Source: a virus
Lineage: Duplodnaviria > Heunggongvirae > Uroviricota > Caudoviricetes
Reading direction: 5' to 3' (one strand)
Virus record (IMG/VR): IMGVR_UViG_3300012933_000331
Span: 38,070-102,069 of that record
DNA length: 64,000 bases
Positions 29,330 through 38,978 of the stretch are shown in pieces. The position numbers were made by a program, and so were the translations under genes. Under the pieces are notes generated by a model. The model did no database searches and was not told where the DNA came from. It saw only the letters and a program-made list of their open reading frames with translations. Position 1 is the first letter of the stretch, and each line of letters opens with the position of its first letter.

Positions 29330-29510
29330 GGCCTAGGTCAAAACAATCGTACAAGTCCAAATTGTCGTCTGGCAGTACTTCGGTTAAGAAGGGGTTGATT
29401 TCATCGTACAACATACCGGCTCCAGGGTCGCGAAACAGCACTTGCAAGTTACCTGTGCCAGCGTCACGTCGAATGTTATCGAGTCTAAAAATAAGTTGAT
29501 CTAGTGTCAT
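29304..29510 (-). CDS. Hypothetical protein; start trimmed to MTLDQLIF…
   Basis: Track ORF 29304..29789 overlaps 29611..29820. Confidence 0.3.
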   Translation of the reverse strand: MTLDQLIFRLDNIRRDAGTGNLQVLFRDPGAGMLYDEINPFLTEVLPDDNLDLYDCFDLGLGNHYVEI

Positions 29511-29610
29511 GGTTTCTCTCTGTTCAATAAGAATATTATACCCCAAACGACAAAAAGCCACAAGTGCATTTCTGCAAATGTGGCTATAATTTGTTGCTGA
29601 AAAACAACAC

Positions 29611-29820
29611 TTATGGTTTAGATCTTGGAAACGGCCACTGCTCATTGTCTTCTGGCATATCTCCACAGCAAGTACAGCAACGACCTTGGTTACAGTCACC
29701 AGTACAGTCTGACTCAACTGGGTGGTTTTGAGAGTAGTAGTCCGCAACCTTCCAGGCCCACCAAACAATGCCAGCAACCGCCAGCACAATAATAAACAAA
29801 TTAATCATATTTAATCCCAC
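29611..29820 (-). CDS. Small membrane protein with a Cys-rich tail (CTGDCNQGRCCTCCGD).
   Basis: Track ORF. Confidence 0.4.
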   Translation of the reverse strand: MGLNMINLFIIVLAVAGIVWWAWKVADYYSQNHPVESDCTGDCNQGRCCTCCGDMPEDNEQWPFPRSKP

Positions 29821-30440
29821 AAAGTTTCGTAGTATTTGCCAAACATTTGAAAAGCGTGCTGCTTGCGAGCATTGTGTGCCTCTAGCCCAGGATAGTCAAC
29901 TTTAATACGGCCAATAGACTGCATCAGGTCTTCGCCCGGAACTTTTTCACCATGGTCATAAAACTTGTCGGTTTCGTCATCAGACTTGTGCTGTGTAAAA
30001 GCCCAGATTAGTTCATCCAAGAACCACTCGTAACGCTTGTGCAAGTTGGCATCTGTATCCCAGGTATTCTCACAACCATCACGAGCACCTGGAGCAGTTG
30101 AACGCAAGTGTTCTGGCACATCACAATCATGAATATAACCACTGCCTTGCTTGTGCTTTTTCAATTCAATTAACAGCGGTGCAATGATTAAGCTAAGAGT
30201 GTGATCTACATTCCAGTGGTCGTAACGATCAATTTTGACGTACTCTTGGCGACGCTTGTGTTTGTGTACCCAGTTACACGCTTTGGTCAGCCAGCTATCG
30301 GTTCCGTCACGGTTTTCACTAAGCCAAGTGCCAAGTTTGTGCACACGATCGTCGGAATACTTGTCTGCCCAAAACATTAGCTTTTCAGCAATCTGATAAG
30401 GGCCAATCCAATTGGTATAAGGGCCTAGTTTTACTTTCAT
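29811..30440 (-). CDS. Hypothetical protein (209 aa).
   Basis: Track ORF. Confidence 0.5.
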   Translation of the reverse strand: MKVKLGPYTNWIGPYQIAEKLMFWADKYSDDRVHKLGTWLSENRDGTDSWLTKACNWVHKHKRRQEYVKIDRYDHWNVDHTLSLIIAPLLIELKKHKQGSGYIHDCDVPEHLRSTAPGARDGCENTWDTDANLHKRYEWFLDELIWAFTQHKSDDETDKFYDHGEKVPGEDLMQSIGRIKVDYPGLEAHNARKQHAFQMFGKYYETLWD

Positions 30441-30754
30441 GGAAATAACCTTAATTGTTCGTGGATATAAGAGTGCAGGTTTTGTCTAGCACGATCGTAA
30501 ACTTCACTTGGCTCAATCAGCTCAGGGTCTAGACCCTCAACCGCACAAGCCCAGTCAAGTAAGAGATTATCAATCTCCAAAAACATAGCTTGGGCACCTT
30601 GGCGAAACGCTTGTTTCATCCAGTAGTCACGATTGCTGGAATTTTGTGGATTGCCGTACATATAAACTTGTGCACGATTTGATCCCATTTCGGGATATTG
30701 TTCGTCAAAAAACCACTGATTAAATTGTCTGTCTAAGTTAAATTTTTGTTTCAT
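30437..30754 (-). CDS. Hypothetical protein (105 aa).
   Basis: Track ORF. Confidence 0.45.
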   Translation of the reverse strand: MKQKFNLDRQFNQWFFDEQYPEMGSNRAQVYMYGNPQNSSNRDYWMKQAFRQGAQAMFLEIDNLLLDWACAVEGLDPELIEPSEVYDRARQNLHSYIHEQLRLFP

Positions 30755-30960
30755 TAGTAGGCTCCACTAGAGTTGTCGATTGCTTCGCGTAACTCGTTCA
30801 TGTAAGAGTCCACTTGTTTTAGTACATCCACATCATTACCATGCTTGCGAGCACTACGCAATGCGTTGTAAAAGTCATCAATTAGGTTAAGGTACTGAGG
30901 CCCATTAAGATACACACGAGCCTCGTCAATGGTTTCACATTTGATATTAAGTTCTAGCAT
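30754..30960 (-). CDS. Hypothetical protein (68 aa).
   Basis: Track ORF. Confidence 0.4.
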   Translation of the reverse strand: MLELNIKCETIDEARVYLNGPQYLNLIDDFYNALRSARKHGNDVDVLKQVDSYMNELREAIDNSSGAY

Positions 30961-31159
30961 ATTTATTTAGTTGTTTGAGTGTTGAAAGATCAGTAACTGG
31001 TTGATAATTGCTTTTGGCCATTGGCACAATACAGTGTTTGAACTCGCGGGCTACACGCTCGCCACACGGCAAGCACGTATGTTTACCCAATGCCCAGCGC
31101 TTGGGGTTTACGTCATCTGAACATTTTACGCAAAAATACATAGTTGATCTCCTATCCAA
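30947..31159 (-). CDS. Zinc-ribbon protein (70 aa).
   Basis: CVKC…CLPCGE motif. Confidence 0.45.
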   Translation of the reverse strand: MDRRSTMYFCVKCSDDVNPKRWALGKHTCLPCGERVAREFKHCIVPMAKSNYQPVTDLSTLKQLNKYART

Positions 31160-31198
31160 TAAATTATTATATAATGTCTTGGATACGAGATCAAGAGT

Positions 31199-31555
31199 TT
31201 ATTTTCGCATTGCTTTGACAAGTTGGTCTGTTAAACCACGAATAACTGCTTTATAGCTTTGAATACTGGCATTTTGGCCCGGCAACCATGCTGGTCGTAA
31301 TGCAAGTGCGAGTTCGTCATCATTGGTAATCAGCACAGGTTTAACTGTGCCATCCTTCCAGCGAAGTCGCTCACAGTAAATAGTAACTATTGGCGGCGGT
31401 TCAAAATCAATTGGACCCTCAGGTGCGGTAACCTTAAGTGGTTGTTGTACTGCCACACGCACAGCACCTTGGCGTTCCATTTGTTCTAGTAACCATAGCG
31501 GTAAATCCAATACCGTTATTGGTTCAAAGTCTTGGGTGTAGAGTACTACGTTCAT
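31199..31555 (-). CDS. Hypothetical protein (118 aa).
   Basis: Track ORF. Confidence 0.45.
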   Translation of the reverse strand: MNVVLYTQDFEPITVLDLPLWLLEQMERQGAVRVAVQQPLKVTAPEGPIDFEPPPIVTIYCERLRWKDGTVKPVLITNDDELALALRPAWLPGQNASIQSYKAVIRGLTDQLVKAMRK

Positions 31556-31556
31556 A

Positions 31557-32483
31557 TTACCACTTGGCCTCGTTGGCGATTAGTTTACGGTGCTGAATCC
31601 AGCCGCGAAGATTGCCTGACCACAAGTCCGAGTTAGTACTCACATGAGTAATGCCTTCTTCCCAAGTTTCTGGCTCAAAGCGGCACATTGTAGCCATATC
31701 CATGGGAGTAGCTTGATGCTCAACAGGACTTGCGTGTGCAGGTTCTGACTCGATTAGTTGTTGATAGATTTTCTTGGCTTTTTCAAAACTGTCGTCATTC
31801 TTGCGATATGACACCTGAGCACAGCAGCTGGCCGATACAACGCGCGCTTCTTCTGCTGTAAGATCATCACCCTTGTTATCACTATAAAGCAGCTCATTAT
31901 TAATAATACTGCGATAGGTGTTAACATAAGGCACGTGCCACTCACCAGGATTTAACAATTGTGGTGTGCTTACATCGTATGCCTCACGCATTTTGCGTGC
32001 TAACACAGCAATCTCAGGCTGTGCGTCTTGGTGGTCGCGCAACCAAAAGAAGTTTGCCCATTCAGTGCCTGAAATAACAGTTTTCATGGTCATCCAAGGT
32101 TCTGTGATACGGTTGGCAATTTGTTTGTGTAGGCCAGCACGATCACTCATTGCCCATGCCCAGTGCAGTGCGTCTTGCATAGCACGCGTCCACATAAACT
32201 TAACGTCGGCCAAGTCGTTGGTAACCAGTTCTTCTTTAGCCTGCATACCTGGCTGATTTTTGCCCCAAAACACAGGGCCTGCAGGTGCTGCTTTGATCTG
32301 CTCGTGCATGGCTTTTACAGGAATAGCACGTGAACTTGCCGAGTTCTTTGAAAGCATACGGTGAGTATTGAGTTCTGCTAAGATAAAACGTGGATACTCA
32401 ATTTCCATTGTGGTCATACGTACACCTTCAGGTGAAGTGCTGTCCGCAACGATCCTGGCAGTAATGTTGTCTTTAAAGTTCAT
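31557..32483 (-). CDS. thyX: Flavin-dependent thymidylate synthase ThyX.
   Basis: ThyX signature …AELNTHRMLSKNSASSRAIP… (RHRxxSxxxxSxR-like). Confidence 0.7.
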   Translation of the reverse strand: MNFKDNITARIVADSTSPEGVRMTTMEIEYPRFILAELNTHRMLSKNSASSRAIPVKAMHEQIKAAPAGPVFWGKNQPGMQAKEELVTNDLADVKFMWTRAMQDALHWAWAMSDRAGLHKQIANRITEPWMTMKTVISGTEWANFFWLRDHQDAQPEIAVLARKMREAYDVSTPQLLNPGEWHVPYVNTYRSIINNELLYSDNKGDDLTAEEARVVSASCCAQVSYRKNDDSFEKAKKIYQQLIESEPAHASPVEHQATPMDMATMCRFEPETWEEGITHVSTNSDLWSGNLRGWIQHRKLIANEAKW

Positions 32484-32658
32484 TTGTTGTAATAGTTAGT
32501 GGTAAATAAGAGTTTGGTGTGTTTGAGAATAGGGCAAAGTACTCGCGGTGTTCGTCTACATAGTGTTCAACGAAAAGGCGAGCATTGCCCGCCAGTTTGT
32601 ATTCACAGCCTACTAGTAGTGCAGTTTCACGAATTTCGTTATAACCTTTATTAGCCAA
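32473..32658 (-). CDS. Hypothetical protein (61 aa).
   Basis: Track ORF. Confidence 0.3.
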   Translation of the reverse strand: MANKGYNEIRETALLVGCEYKLAGNARLFVEHYVDEHREYFALFSNTPNSYLPLTITTNEL

Positions 32659-32833
32659 AGCAGTGTCCTAGCAAATAGTTATATACAATATCTGGTGAAT
32701 CACAAAAAGTGTCAAAGGGTGTTTTATTATCAAACGCCTTATTGGAACTGTGCCACCATTTATCTGATAAGTTACTTCCTACTAAAGCACATACCATACG
32801 ATCACATTTGTAAAATACACTGGCGTCAATCAT
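32651..32833 (-). CDS. Hypothetical protein (60 aa).
   Basis: Track ORF. Confidence 0.3.
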   Translation of the reverse strand: MIDASVFYKCDRMVCALVGSNLSDKWWHSSNKAFDNKTPFDTFCDSPDIVYNYLLGHCFG

Positions 32834-33585
32834 ACTTCAATCACCTTAAAGGGATCAAAACCAATACCATCGTTCATAGCAGTGTAGTAACCGTGAGGAT
32901 TAGCAACAACACGAGTATCACCAAGCACGATATCAGTAGCGTCATGGGTGTGGCCAAAAAGCCAAGTAGTATCAGACATATTACTGATATACTCACCAAG
33001 ATTGTTAGCAAAGTAGTCATTGATTAGGGTTGCTGCACGGAAGCGTGGTGCAATGCACTCACGAGCTGGTAAAAAGTGTGTGACAACCACAACTTTGTTG
33101 TTGCCACGCTGTTCGTACTGATCTTTGATATAGTCAAAGTGCTCGTAGTAAGTTTTAGCGCAACGGTTAACATCAAAGTCACGAATCATGCGAAAATCGT
33201 TGATACCGCGCTTGGCTGCACTTTGACTAAAGGGATTCTCATCAAAGTTAGTCCACAGTGTGCCGCCAACAAATTGGACACCATCAATGGTCACACTTCC
33301 TGGATTTAAAAAGTGCACGTTGTCAAACTCCAAGCACTTGTTTTCCATTTTGGCATTGAACTCGTCAAAGCCGGTGCCGTAGTACTCATGGTTGCCAGGC
33401 ACATACACAATTTGTGGAAAGCCTTGGTCACGAAAGAATTTGATAACGTCCATGGTGTTGGTGCTTCCGCTAGCAATGTCGCCAGCAAGCACAAGCACGT
33501 CTTCACCACGATACTCGGCAAAGCTCTGAGTTTTGTATGGCAGACGAAATTCTGTGTGTAGGTCTGATAGTAGTCTGATCTTCAT
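32830..33585 (-). CDS. Calcineurin-like metallophosphoesterase.
   Basis: DLHTEF…GDIASGS…GNHEYY…GHTH metal-binding motifs. Confidence 0.6.
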   Translation of the reverse strand: MKIRLLSDLHTEFRLPYKTQSFAEYRGEDVLVLAGDIASGSTNTMDVIKFFRDQGFPQIVYVPGNHEYYGTGFDEFNAKMENKCLEFDNVHFLNPGSVTIDGVQFVGGTLWTNFDENPFSQSAAKRGINDFRMIRDFDVNRCAKTYYEHFDYIKDQYEQRGNNKVVVVTHFLPARECIAPRFRAATLINDYFANNLGEYISNMSDTTWLFGHTHDATDIVLGDTRVVANPHGYYTAMNDGIGFDPFKVIEV

Positions 33586-33630
33586 AATTTTTTCCTTAAG
33601 CCTTTATTATAACAGATTGAGTTAAGGAAT

Positions 33631-34116
33631 TCAACTGTAAAAAATATGGTTTCCAATTACGGCTACCACTCGCTTTTTGCGATTCCAGCGTGGGTTTACT
33701 TGTTTTGTGTGGAAGTAAAGGGCTTTAAAGTCCGGCAACAATACTGCTCCAGTTAATACTGCGGCTGCAATATCAACTGCTGATTCCCAGGCTTTAACGT
33801 CCGTTACTCGTCTGCGAGATTCCAGCGTCCAAGAAAATTGACTGTGTGCATAAACAACACCACAAACAGTTTTGTTGAAAGTACCAGCAGCAACACGGTT
33901 TAATGTAACCTGTGCAACTGCAATCTGACCCTCAAACGGCTCACCTCTGGCTTCGTGGTATATGTTCTTGGCCAGGCAAAATATCTCTGCTTTGGGCGCC
34001 TGCGTAATTGGCGTCCGTTTGACAGGTGATATTCCAAGGCGGTTTAGGTGTAGGTTGCTGAGTCCCAGGCTGGTAAACAGTGCTAGGGCTGCTATTCCGA
34101 TTTTTAATGTCTTCAT
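33631..34116 (-). CDS. Secreted cell-wall hydrolase, SleB/CwlJ (Hydrolase_2) family.
   Basis: N-terminal signal peptide plus …NIYHEARGEPFEGQIAVAQVTLNRV… motif. Confidence 0.6.
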   Translation of the reverse strand: MKTLKIGIAALALFTSLGLSNLHLNRLGISPVKRTPITQAPKAEIFCLAKNIYHEARGEPFEGQIAVAQVTLNRVAAGTFNKTVCGVVYAHSQFSWTLESRRRVTDVKAWESAVDIAAAVLTGAVLLPDFKALYFHTKQVNPRWNRKKRVVAVIGNHIFYS

Positions 34117-34184
34117 TTAAGATCTCCATTATTGTATCGAAACTCTGTTGTTCTAGGGCAGTGCCTTTGCCTGTGTCAAGCTTT

Positions 34185-34481
34185 TCAGCTAGATGTTGTA
34201 GTAGAACTAGAATTTCGAAGCGTTTCATATTGTTGGCTAAGTTCATTTAATTGACGTTGTAAGTTATTGCCAACTTCATTAGCTTGTTGAACCGCATGCG
34301 ATAGTTGCAGGATAACATCAGCGGCTTTTAGCATCAAACTATTAGGGGGTCGGTTGACTTGGTATGGGTCGTTGTCCCCATCCTGCACAGTATAACTATC
34401 TCCGTGCCGTAAACGTTGTATAAGCAGATTAATGTCCATAATTTCTTTTAAATTTATAGTCGAAGTTACATTATAACTCAA
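34185..34481 (-). CDS. Hypothetical protein (98 aa).
   Basis: Track ORF. Confidence 0.4.
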   Translation of the reverse strand: MSYNVTSTINLKEIMDINLLIQRLRHGDSYTVQDGDNDPYQVNRPPNSLMLKAADVILQLSHAVQQANEVGNNLQRQLNELSQQYETLRNSSSTTTSS

Positions 34482-34727
34482 ACGGCTTTGTATGGCAAGT
34501 CAAAATTTATATGATCTGCGCCAAAGCACGAAAAATTTTAGCGTTGACGATGTGTTACTTGAGTGATATAATAAATCATCGAATATTATAGGTGTTTTTA
34601 TGACATTTAGCGAATACATTGCGCGTCACGCTTATTACTCTTATTTGGAGTATTGCAGACAAAACTATTTAAAACCTGAAGTAGACATTGATGTTAATAA
34701 ACCAAAGCTATGTGCATTGGTAAAATC

Positions 34728-34762
34728 TCCTGTTGACAAAACCGGTTAAATTGTTTATAATG
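34728..34762 (+). promoter_or_regulatory. sigma70 promoter: TTGACA, 17-nt spacer, TTATAAT.
   Basis: Read directly from the sequence. Confidence 0.5.
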
Positions 34763-34822
34763 AATGTTCGCCGACCTTATAAACCAGGGCCAAGTCAAAT
34801 TGCCCGATACAAAGCTAACACA

Positions 34823-35269
34823 ATGCCTAAACACGAAGAATTAACACAAACACTAGAACACATTACTGTATTTGGTTCAGCAACCCCGATTCCAGATAAT
34901 GTACAAATTACGCCAGAAACTCTAGCAGCAATCCAAAAACAATTTGGTACAGCACTGAAATTTGATGGCGACAAACTCCCACTTAACTTGCTTAGTACTG
35001 AAGCAATGAATCAAACAGCGGCAGTGCTAAAGTTTGGTGCACAAAAGTACGCAGAACACAACTGGCGCAAGGGCTTTGCCTGGAGCCGACCCTTAGCCGC
35101 AGCAATGCGACACATTACAGCTTTCAATGATGGTGAAAATACTGACCCTGAGTCGGGGCTATCGCACCTGGCTCACGCAGCCTGCTGTATTATGTTCCTT
35201 TTAGAATTTGAGAAAACCCACCCCGAACTAGATGACCGATACAAACCAAATGTACAAACGCCTAACTAA
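34823..35269 (+). CDS. dATP/dGTP pyrophosphohydrolase-like protein.
   Basis: …KYAEHNWRKGFAWSRPLAAAMRHITAFNDGENTDPESGLSHLAHAACCIMFLLEF… matches the phage dNTP-PPase N-domain pattern. Start trimmed downstream of the promoter. Confidence 0.45.
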   Translation: MPKHEELTQTLEHITVFGSATPIPDNVQITPETLAAIQKQFGTALKFDGDKLPLNLLSTEAMNQTAAVLKFGAQKYAEHNWRKGFAWSRPLAAAMRHITAFNDGENTDPESGLSHLAHAACCIMFLLEFEKTHPELDDRYKPNVQTPN

Positions 35270-35465
35270 AAGGCTCAGCGGCACACGCAAAACTTTAACA
35301 GAGGCCTGCCAAGATGCAGGCATTGATATTGAAGACATAGACGATTACCTACTAGAGGAGTACTGTAAAGAGTGCTCGCACTGTGGTATTTGGGGTAGTG
35401 ACCACAGAACTGATAGTGATGAGTTTCCTGTGTGCCGAATCTGCTTCGGCTTAGTAGGCCGATAA
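35232..35465 (+). CDS. Zinc-finger protein (77 aa).
   Basis: CKECSHC…CRIC motifs. Confidence 0.4.
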   Translation: MTDTNQMYKRLTKRLSGTRKTLTEACQDAGIDIEDIDDYLLEEYCKECSHCGIWGSDHRTDSDEFPVCRICFGLVGR

Positions 35466-35503
35466 ATTTATATTTGATTTTGTGAATTAGTTTTGTTATA
35501 ATT

Positions 35504-36532
35504 GTGGCTATGACATATTTTAATCAAACTATCAATCGCGTTGGCTTTGCCTGCAAAATTCAATCTGATCATGATACAGCTAATAGTGACCTGAATACCA
35601 AGTCTACAACTATCAGCTATCTTGCTCGTCAGACTCCGGACGCTGCTCGTGCCAAGCTGTGGGGTTTGCTTGACCACAATCTTAATGCGTTCTATCGTCA
35701 ATTGAAGTGGGTTGCGCAACAACCGGCTAATCAGCGTATGTTTCGCATTACAAGTGACTTGTTGCCAGCATATACTCATGACGACTATATGCCATTCTAC
35801 TTCCAAAGCGACGTTGTTGCCAAGATTTCAGCACATCTCAGTATGTGCGGCGAGTTTGCTCGCGAGCATGACATTCGTCTCAGCTTCCACCCAGGTCAGT
35901 TTTGCGTGCTTGCCAGCGAAAATCCTGGCGTTGTTGAAAACTCAATTACCGAGTTCGAGTATCACGCTGACTTGATTCGTTATATGGGTTACGGTCGCAA
36001 ATTTCAAGACTTCAAGTGCAATGTGCACGTTGGCGGTAAGCTAGGCCCAGCAGGTATCAAAGCTGCTATGCGTAGACTCAGCCCCGAAGCACGCAACACC
36101 CTAACAATCGAAAATGCCGAGTTTACCTGGGGTCTTGATGCTAGCTTAGAGTTGGTAGATACCTGTGCACTTGTTCTTGACATTCATCATCACTGGATTA
36201 ATAGTGGCGAATACATTGAACCCAACGATCCACGATTTATGCGTGTGGTTGATAGCTGGCGAGGCGTTCGTCCCGTGGTACACTATAGTGTCAGCCGTGA
36301 AGACGTACTTGTTGCGCACGACCCAACAATGCGACCAAATCTCCAAGAACTGAAGTTCATGGGCTTTACAGCTGCTAAATTGCGTGCTCATAGTGACTAC
36401 TACTGGAATTCAGCAGTAAATACTTGGGCCTTGACATTTAGTCCATATGCTGATATAATGTGTGAATCAAAACAAAAAAACTTAGCAAGCACTAAACTTG
36501 TAAAGCGATGCCTTATTCAAACAGCTACTTAA
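35504..36532 (+). CDS. uvsE: UV-damage endonuclease (UvdE/Uve1 family).
   Basis: FHPGQF…VHVGG…TIENAE…LDIHHH motifs match UvdE catalytic segments. Confidence 0.6.
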   Translation: MAMTYFNQTINRVGFACKIQSDHDTANSDLNTKSTTISYLARQTPDAARAKLWGLLDHNLNAFYRQLKWVAQQPANQRMFRITSDLLPAYTHDDYMPFYFQSDVVAKISAHLSMCGEFAREHDIRLSFHPGQFCVLASENPGVVENSITEFEYHADLIRYMGYGRKFQDFKCNVHVGGKLGPAGIKAAMRRLSPEARNTLTIENAEFTWGLDASLELVDTCALVLDIHHHWINSGEYIEPNDPRFMRVVDSWRGVRPVVHYSVSREDVLVAHDPTMRPNLQELKFMGFTAAKLRAHSDYYWNSAVNTWALTFSPYADIMCESKQKNLASTKLVKRCLIQTAT

Positions 36533-36543
36533 ATTCAAACAAA

Positions 36544-36984
36544 ATGACTAATAACACACCATTTGCAGCTGGCACTAAAAATGACAGTATCTTTAAAACT
36601 AGCGCACCTTATGCCAACCAATATCAAGGCCAAGCTCCTCGCTGGTTATTTGTTTGCAGTGCTGGACTACTTCGCAGTCCTACTGGTGCTGCTTTGGCCG
36701 TTCAGCGTGGTATTAATGCTCGCAGTTGCGGATCAAACTTTAACTATGCGCTAGTACCTTGCTCAGCCAACTTGATTAACTGGGCTGAAAAGATTGTGTT
36801 TGTTAATCGTGAAAATCTGTGGCAATTGGAAGATAACTTCCTGGGCCACCGTGAGTTGCTGGAACAAATTGAACAAAAACAAATTGTCCTGGATATTCCA
36901 GACAATTACGAGTACATGGAGCGTGGTTTGGTTGAACACTTTCAAACCGAACTGTTTGATGTGTACGGGCCAGTAACAAAATAA
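36544..36984 (+). CDS. Low-molecular-weight phosphotyrosine phosphatase-like protein.
   Basis: P-loop VCSAGLLRS (C-X5-R-S) near the N-terminus. Confidence 0.45.
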   Translation: MTNNTPFAAGTKNDSIFKTSAPYANQYQGQAPRWLFVCSAGLLRSPTGAALAVQRGINARSCGSNFNYALVPCSANLINWAEKIVFVNRENLWQLEDNFLGHRELLEQIEQKQIVLDIPDNYEYMERGLVEHFQTELFDVYGPVTK

Positions 36985-36990
36985 TAACAG

Positions 36991-37066
36991 CCGTCTGTGG
37001 TCTAACGGATAAGACAAGGGTCTTCTACACCCTGAGATGTGGGTTCGATTCCTGCCAGACGGGCCA
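36991..37066 (+). tRNA. tRNA-Arg (anticodon TCT).
   Basis: Hand fold. Acceptor ccgtctg/cagacgg; D stem gtct/agac; anticodon loop cttctac; T loop ttcgatt; CCA encoded. Confidence 0.7.
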
Positions 37067-37128
37067 AATTTCAAACTTGAACATTTGTTTAAATCAGATT
37101 ATAATATAGTCTGATTTGGAGAAATAAT

Positions 37129-37296
37129 ATGAACAAAACAGTCGTTGTAGTAACTTCAACTGAACTTGGTTGGGACTGCATTGTAGGAGTATACCAAGGA
37201 GTTGCTTTAGAAGACTTGGAAGCCTCATACAAGGGCGATTGCTACGTTTTTACAGAACGCGATATAGAAACTACTGCACCTGATTTGGACGACTAA
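37129..37296 (+). CDS. Hypothetical protein (55 aa).
   Basis: Promoter TGATATAAT is upstream; the ATG follows a purine-rich stretch. Confidence 0.35.
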   Translation: MNKTVVVVTSTELGWDCIVGVYQGVALEDLEASYKGDCYVFTERDIETTAPDLDD

Positions 37297-37297
37297 T

Positions 37298-37528
37298 ATG
37301 AACAACATAGCAAACGAACTTCTGGGCAAAGCACTAGACAAACAGGTGCCATATACCTGGCATAGCCTAAACCGCGTTCAGCTAGATGATGTTATGAAAG
37401 AGTTTGCTGAGTTGCTTATCAAGGAATGTACAGAACGGGTTTGGTATACTCGTGAAGATAGTGTCAATGGCAACATTTCTGAAGTTATCAAACAGCGGAT
37501 AAAACAACATTTCGGAGTTCAACAATGA
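37298..37528 (+). CDS. Hypothetical protein (76 aa).
   Basis: Track ORF. Confidence 0.4.
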   Translation: MNNIANELLGKALDKQVPYTWHSLNRVQLDDVMKEFAELLIKECTERVWYTREDSVNGNISEVIKQRIKQHFGVQQ

Positions 37529-37613
37529 GTACATTTGAAATCAAACTGCTAATTTTGGGCACTACTATGCTTGGTGCTGGAATGATGTGGCCTGGTAGTA
37601 TCCTGGGAAGGGT

Positions 37614-37949
37614 ATGCCAATGAGTACATACACACCAGATACATGGGTTGTTTTAGAATTTATGACACCCAGTATGACTACACCACTACGCAAAGTTTTT
37701 GCGGGTTGGTACGGCGGATTTGCTGGAGCTAATAGCTGGCAACTTAATTCCGGCATTACTAATACACGATTAGTAGATGGTTGGTGGGAGTTTGATGGTT
37801 ACTCAGGCAGTGTATATCGCTGTCATCCTGACAGTTATCACATGAGTTCACTAATGCAAGACGTACTATCAAAATGGCTAAAACAAGCTGACGAGCGTGG
37901 TGATACTCAGATCAGAATTTTGACATTTGACGAAGCCGCTATTTGTTGA
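37614..37949 (+). CDS. Hypothetical protein (111 aa).
   Basis: Track ORF. Confidence 0.4.
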   Translation: MPMSTYTPDTWVVLEFMTPSMTTPLRKVFAGWYGGFAGANSWQLNSGITNTRLVDGWWEFDGYSGSVYRCHPDSYHMSSLMQDVLSKWLKQADERGDTQIRILTFDEAAIC

Positions 37950-37976
37950 TATAATATAGGCTGATTTGGAGATATT

Positions 37977-38177
37977 ATGGCAGGCTATTCACGCGACTTT
38001 TTAATTGATGCCTTCATGAGCCGTTACATCAAATGTACCTTGATTTCAATCGAGAGTCTTGTACGGCTAGAACAAATGGCAAATGATCTTTATGATCGAG
38101 TAGGTCGCGATAGCTTTCGTACTTATGCTAGCTTAGATGCTACAGCACTTCGAGTCTATAAAAACAGTCTTGAATGA
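37977..38177 (+). CDS. Hypothetical protein (66 aa).
   Basis: Track ORF; promoter TGATATAAT upstream. Confidence 0.35.
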   Translation: MAGYSRDFLIDAFMSRYIKCTLISIESLVRLEQMANDLYDRVGRDSFRTYASLDATALRVYKNSLE

Positions 38178-38490
38178 TCGTGTTCTTTACTGTATAATTA
38201 GTTCTTTAAATAATATAATGGCCCGTTTGCATCACTGACTTGCTCCCTAATGAGTTATATGCTTCGTAAAATGCGATTACCAAGGTAGTTGGTGGTAATT
38301 GTGGTTGTCTAACTTGAGGACTGTCGTCCAAGAGTCATAAGACTATATGAGCCACTTAGGGGTGGCCCTCATATATTAGCGTAATTGACGGTTCGGTTAA
38401 CTGGGCGGAAATCCAGTTGCCGTTTCGGTAGGTTTGACGGCCTGCGAAAAGCCATGCGTCAACATGGTAATATTGATTATGCTAATATAT

Positions 38491-38672
38491 GGGTCGGTAG
38501 CTTAACGTGGTTAAAGCGCAAATCCGGACTGTTCCTCCCTTCAGACAACGATCACCCTGCCAACCCTGCGCAACAGGTGTTCACGGTGACTAGCTCTGGG
38601 CTGATTTGCAATATACGCTTGTGGGAAACAGAAATTTTAGAGAAGTTGGTTCGAGGCCAACCTGACCCACCA
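38491..38672 (+). ncRNA. tRNA-like RNA of 182 nt. It has a perfect 7-bp acceptor stem, a D-arm, a T-arm and a CCA end, but the anticodon region is replaced or interrupted by a ~110-nt insertion. Either an intron-containing tRNA or a YrlA-type tRNA-mimic.
   Basis: Acceptor gggtcgg/ctgaccc; D stem gctt/aagc; T arm gttgg-ttcgagg-ccaac then a-cca. A candidate anticodon stem caaat/atttg (519-523 with 604-608) encloses an 80-nt insert, followed by a 36-nt 'variable' segment. The locus 38190..38800 has a promoter and no credible ORF. Confidence 0.45.
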
Positions 38673-38837
38673 TATTTAAACAGCCTGGCGTGGCCAGCGG
38701 TAACGAGACTGTGGCTCCGGTGAATGTCCACCTTGTTATGTCGCAGTAACAGACTGTTTAAATATGGGTTTAAAAATTTACACTTGTGGTAGTTGTGCTT
38801 TTCGAGTATAATTACTACTCTTTGAAAGAAACACAAC

Positions 38838-38978
38838 ATGAGAGTATTTACCAAAGTAAACGGCAATTTGTTGGTGTGGGAAGTTCAAGATATGACTCCT
38901 GAACAAGCAATCAGTGCTGTTCGTGATGAACTTGGTGTAGGTCACAAATCAGTTATCTTGGCCCTTGTAAAATATTGA
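38838..38978 (+). CDS. Small protein (46 aa).
   Basis: Promoter GAGTATAAT and RBS gaaagaaac are upstream. Confidence 0.35.
   Translation: MRVFTKVNGNLLVWEVQDMTPEQAISAVRDELGVGHKSVILALVKY

Noticed and set aside
31754-32256. ORFs 31754..31945 (minus) and 31966..32256 (plus) inside thyX
   Set aside because: Alternative-frame and antisense shadows of thyX.
33941-34246. 101-aa minus-strand ORF
   Set aside because: Overlaps the signal-peptide-bearing start of the SleB-like hydrolase by 176 nt and the next gene by 60 nt. Probably spurious.
38385-38723. 112-aa plus-strand ORF
   Set aside because: Overlaps the tRNA-like RNA at 38491..38672. Its translation is Trp/Arg-rich and non-protein-like, and there is no RBS.
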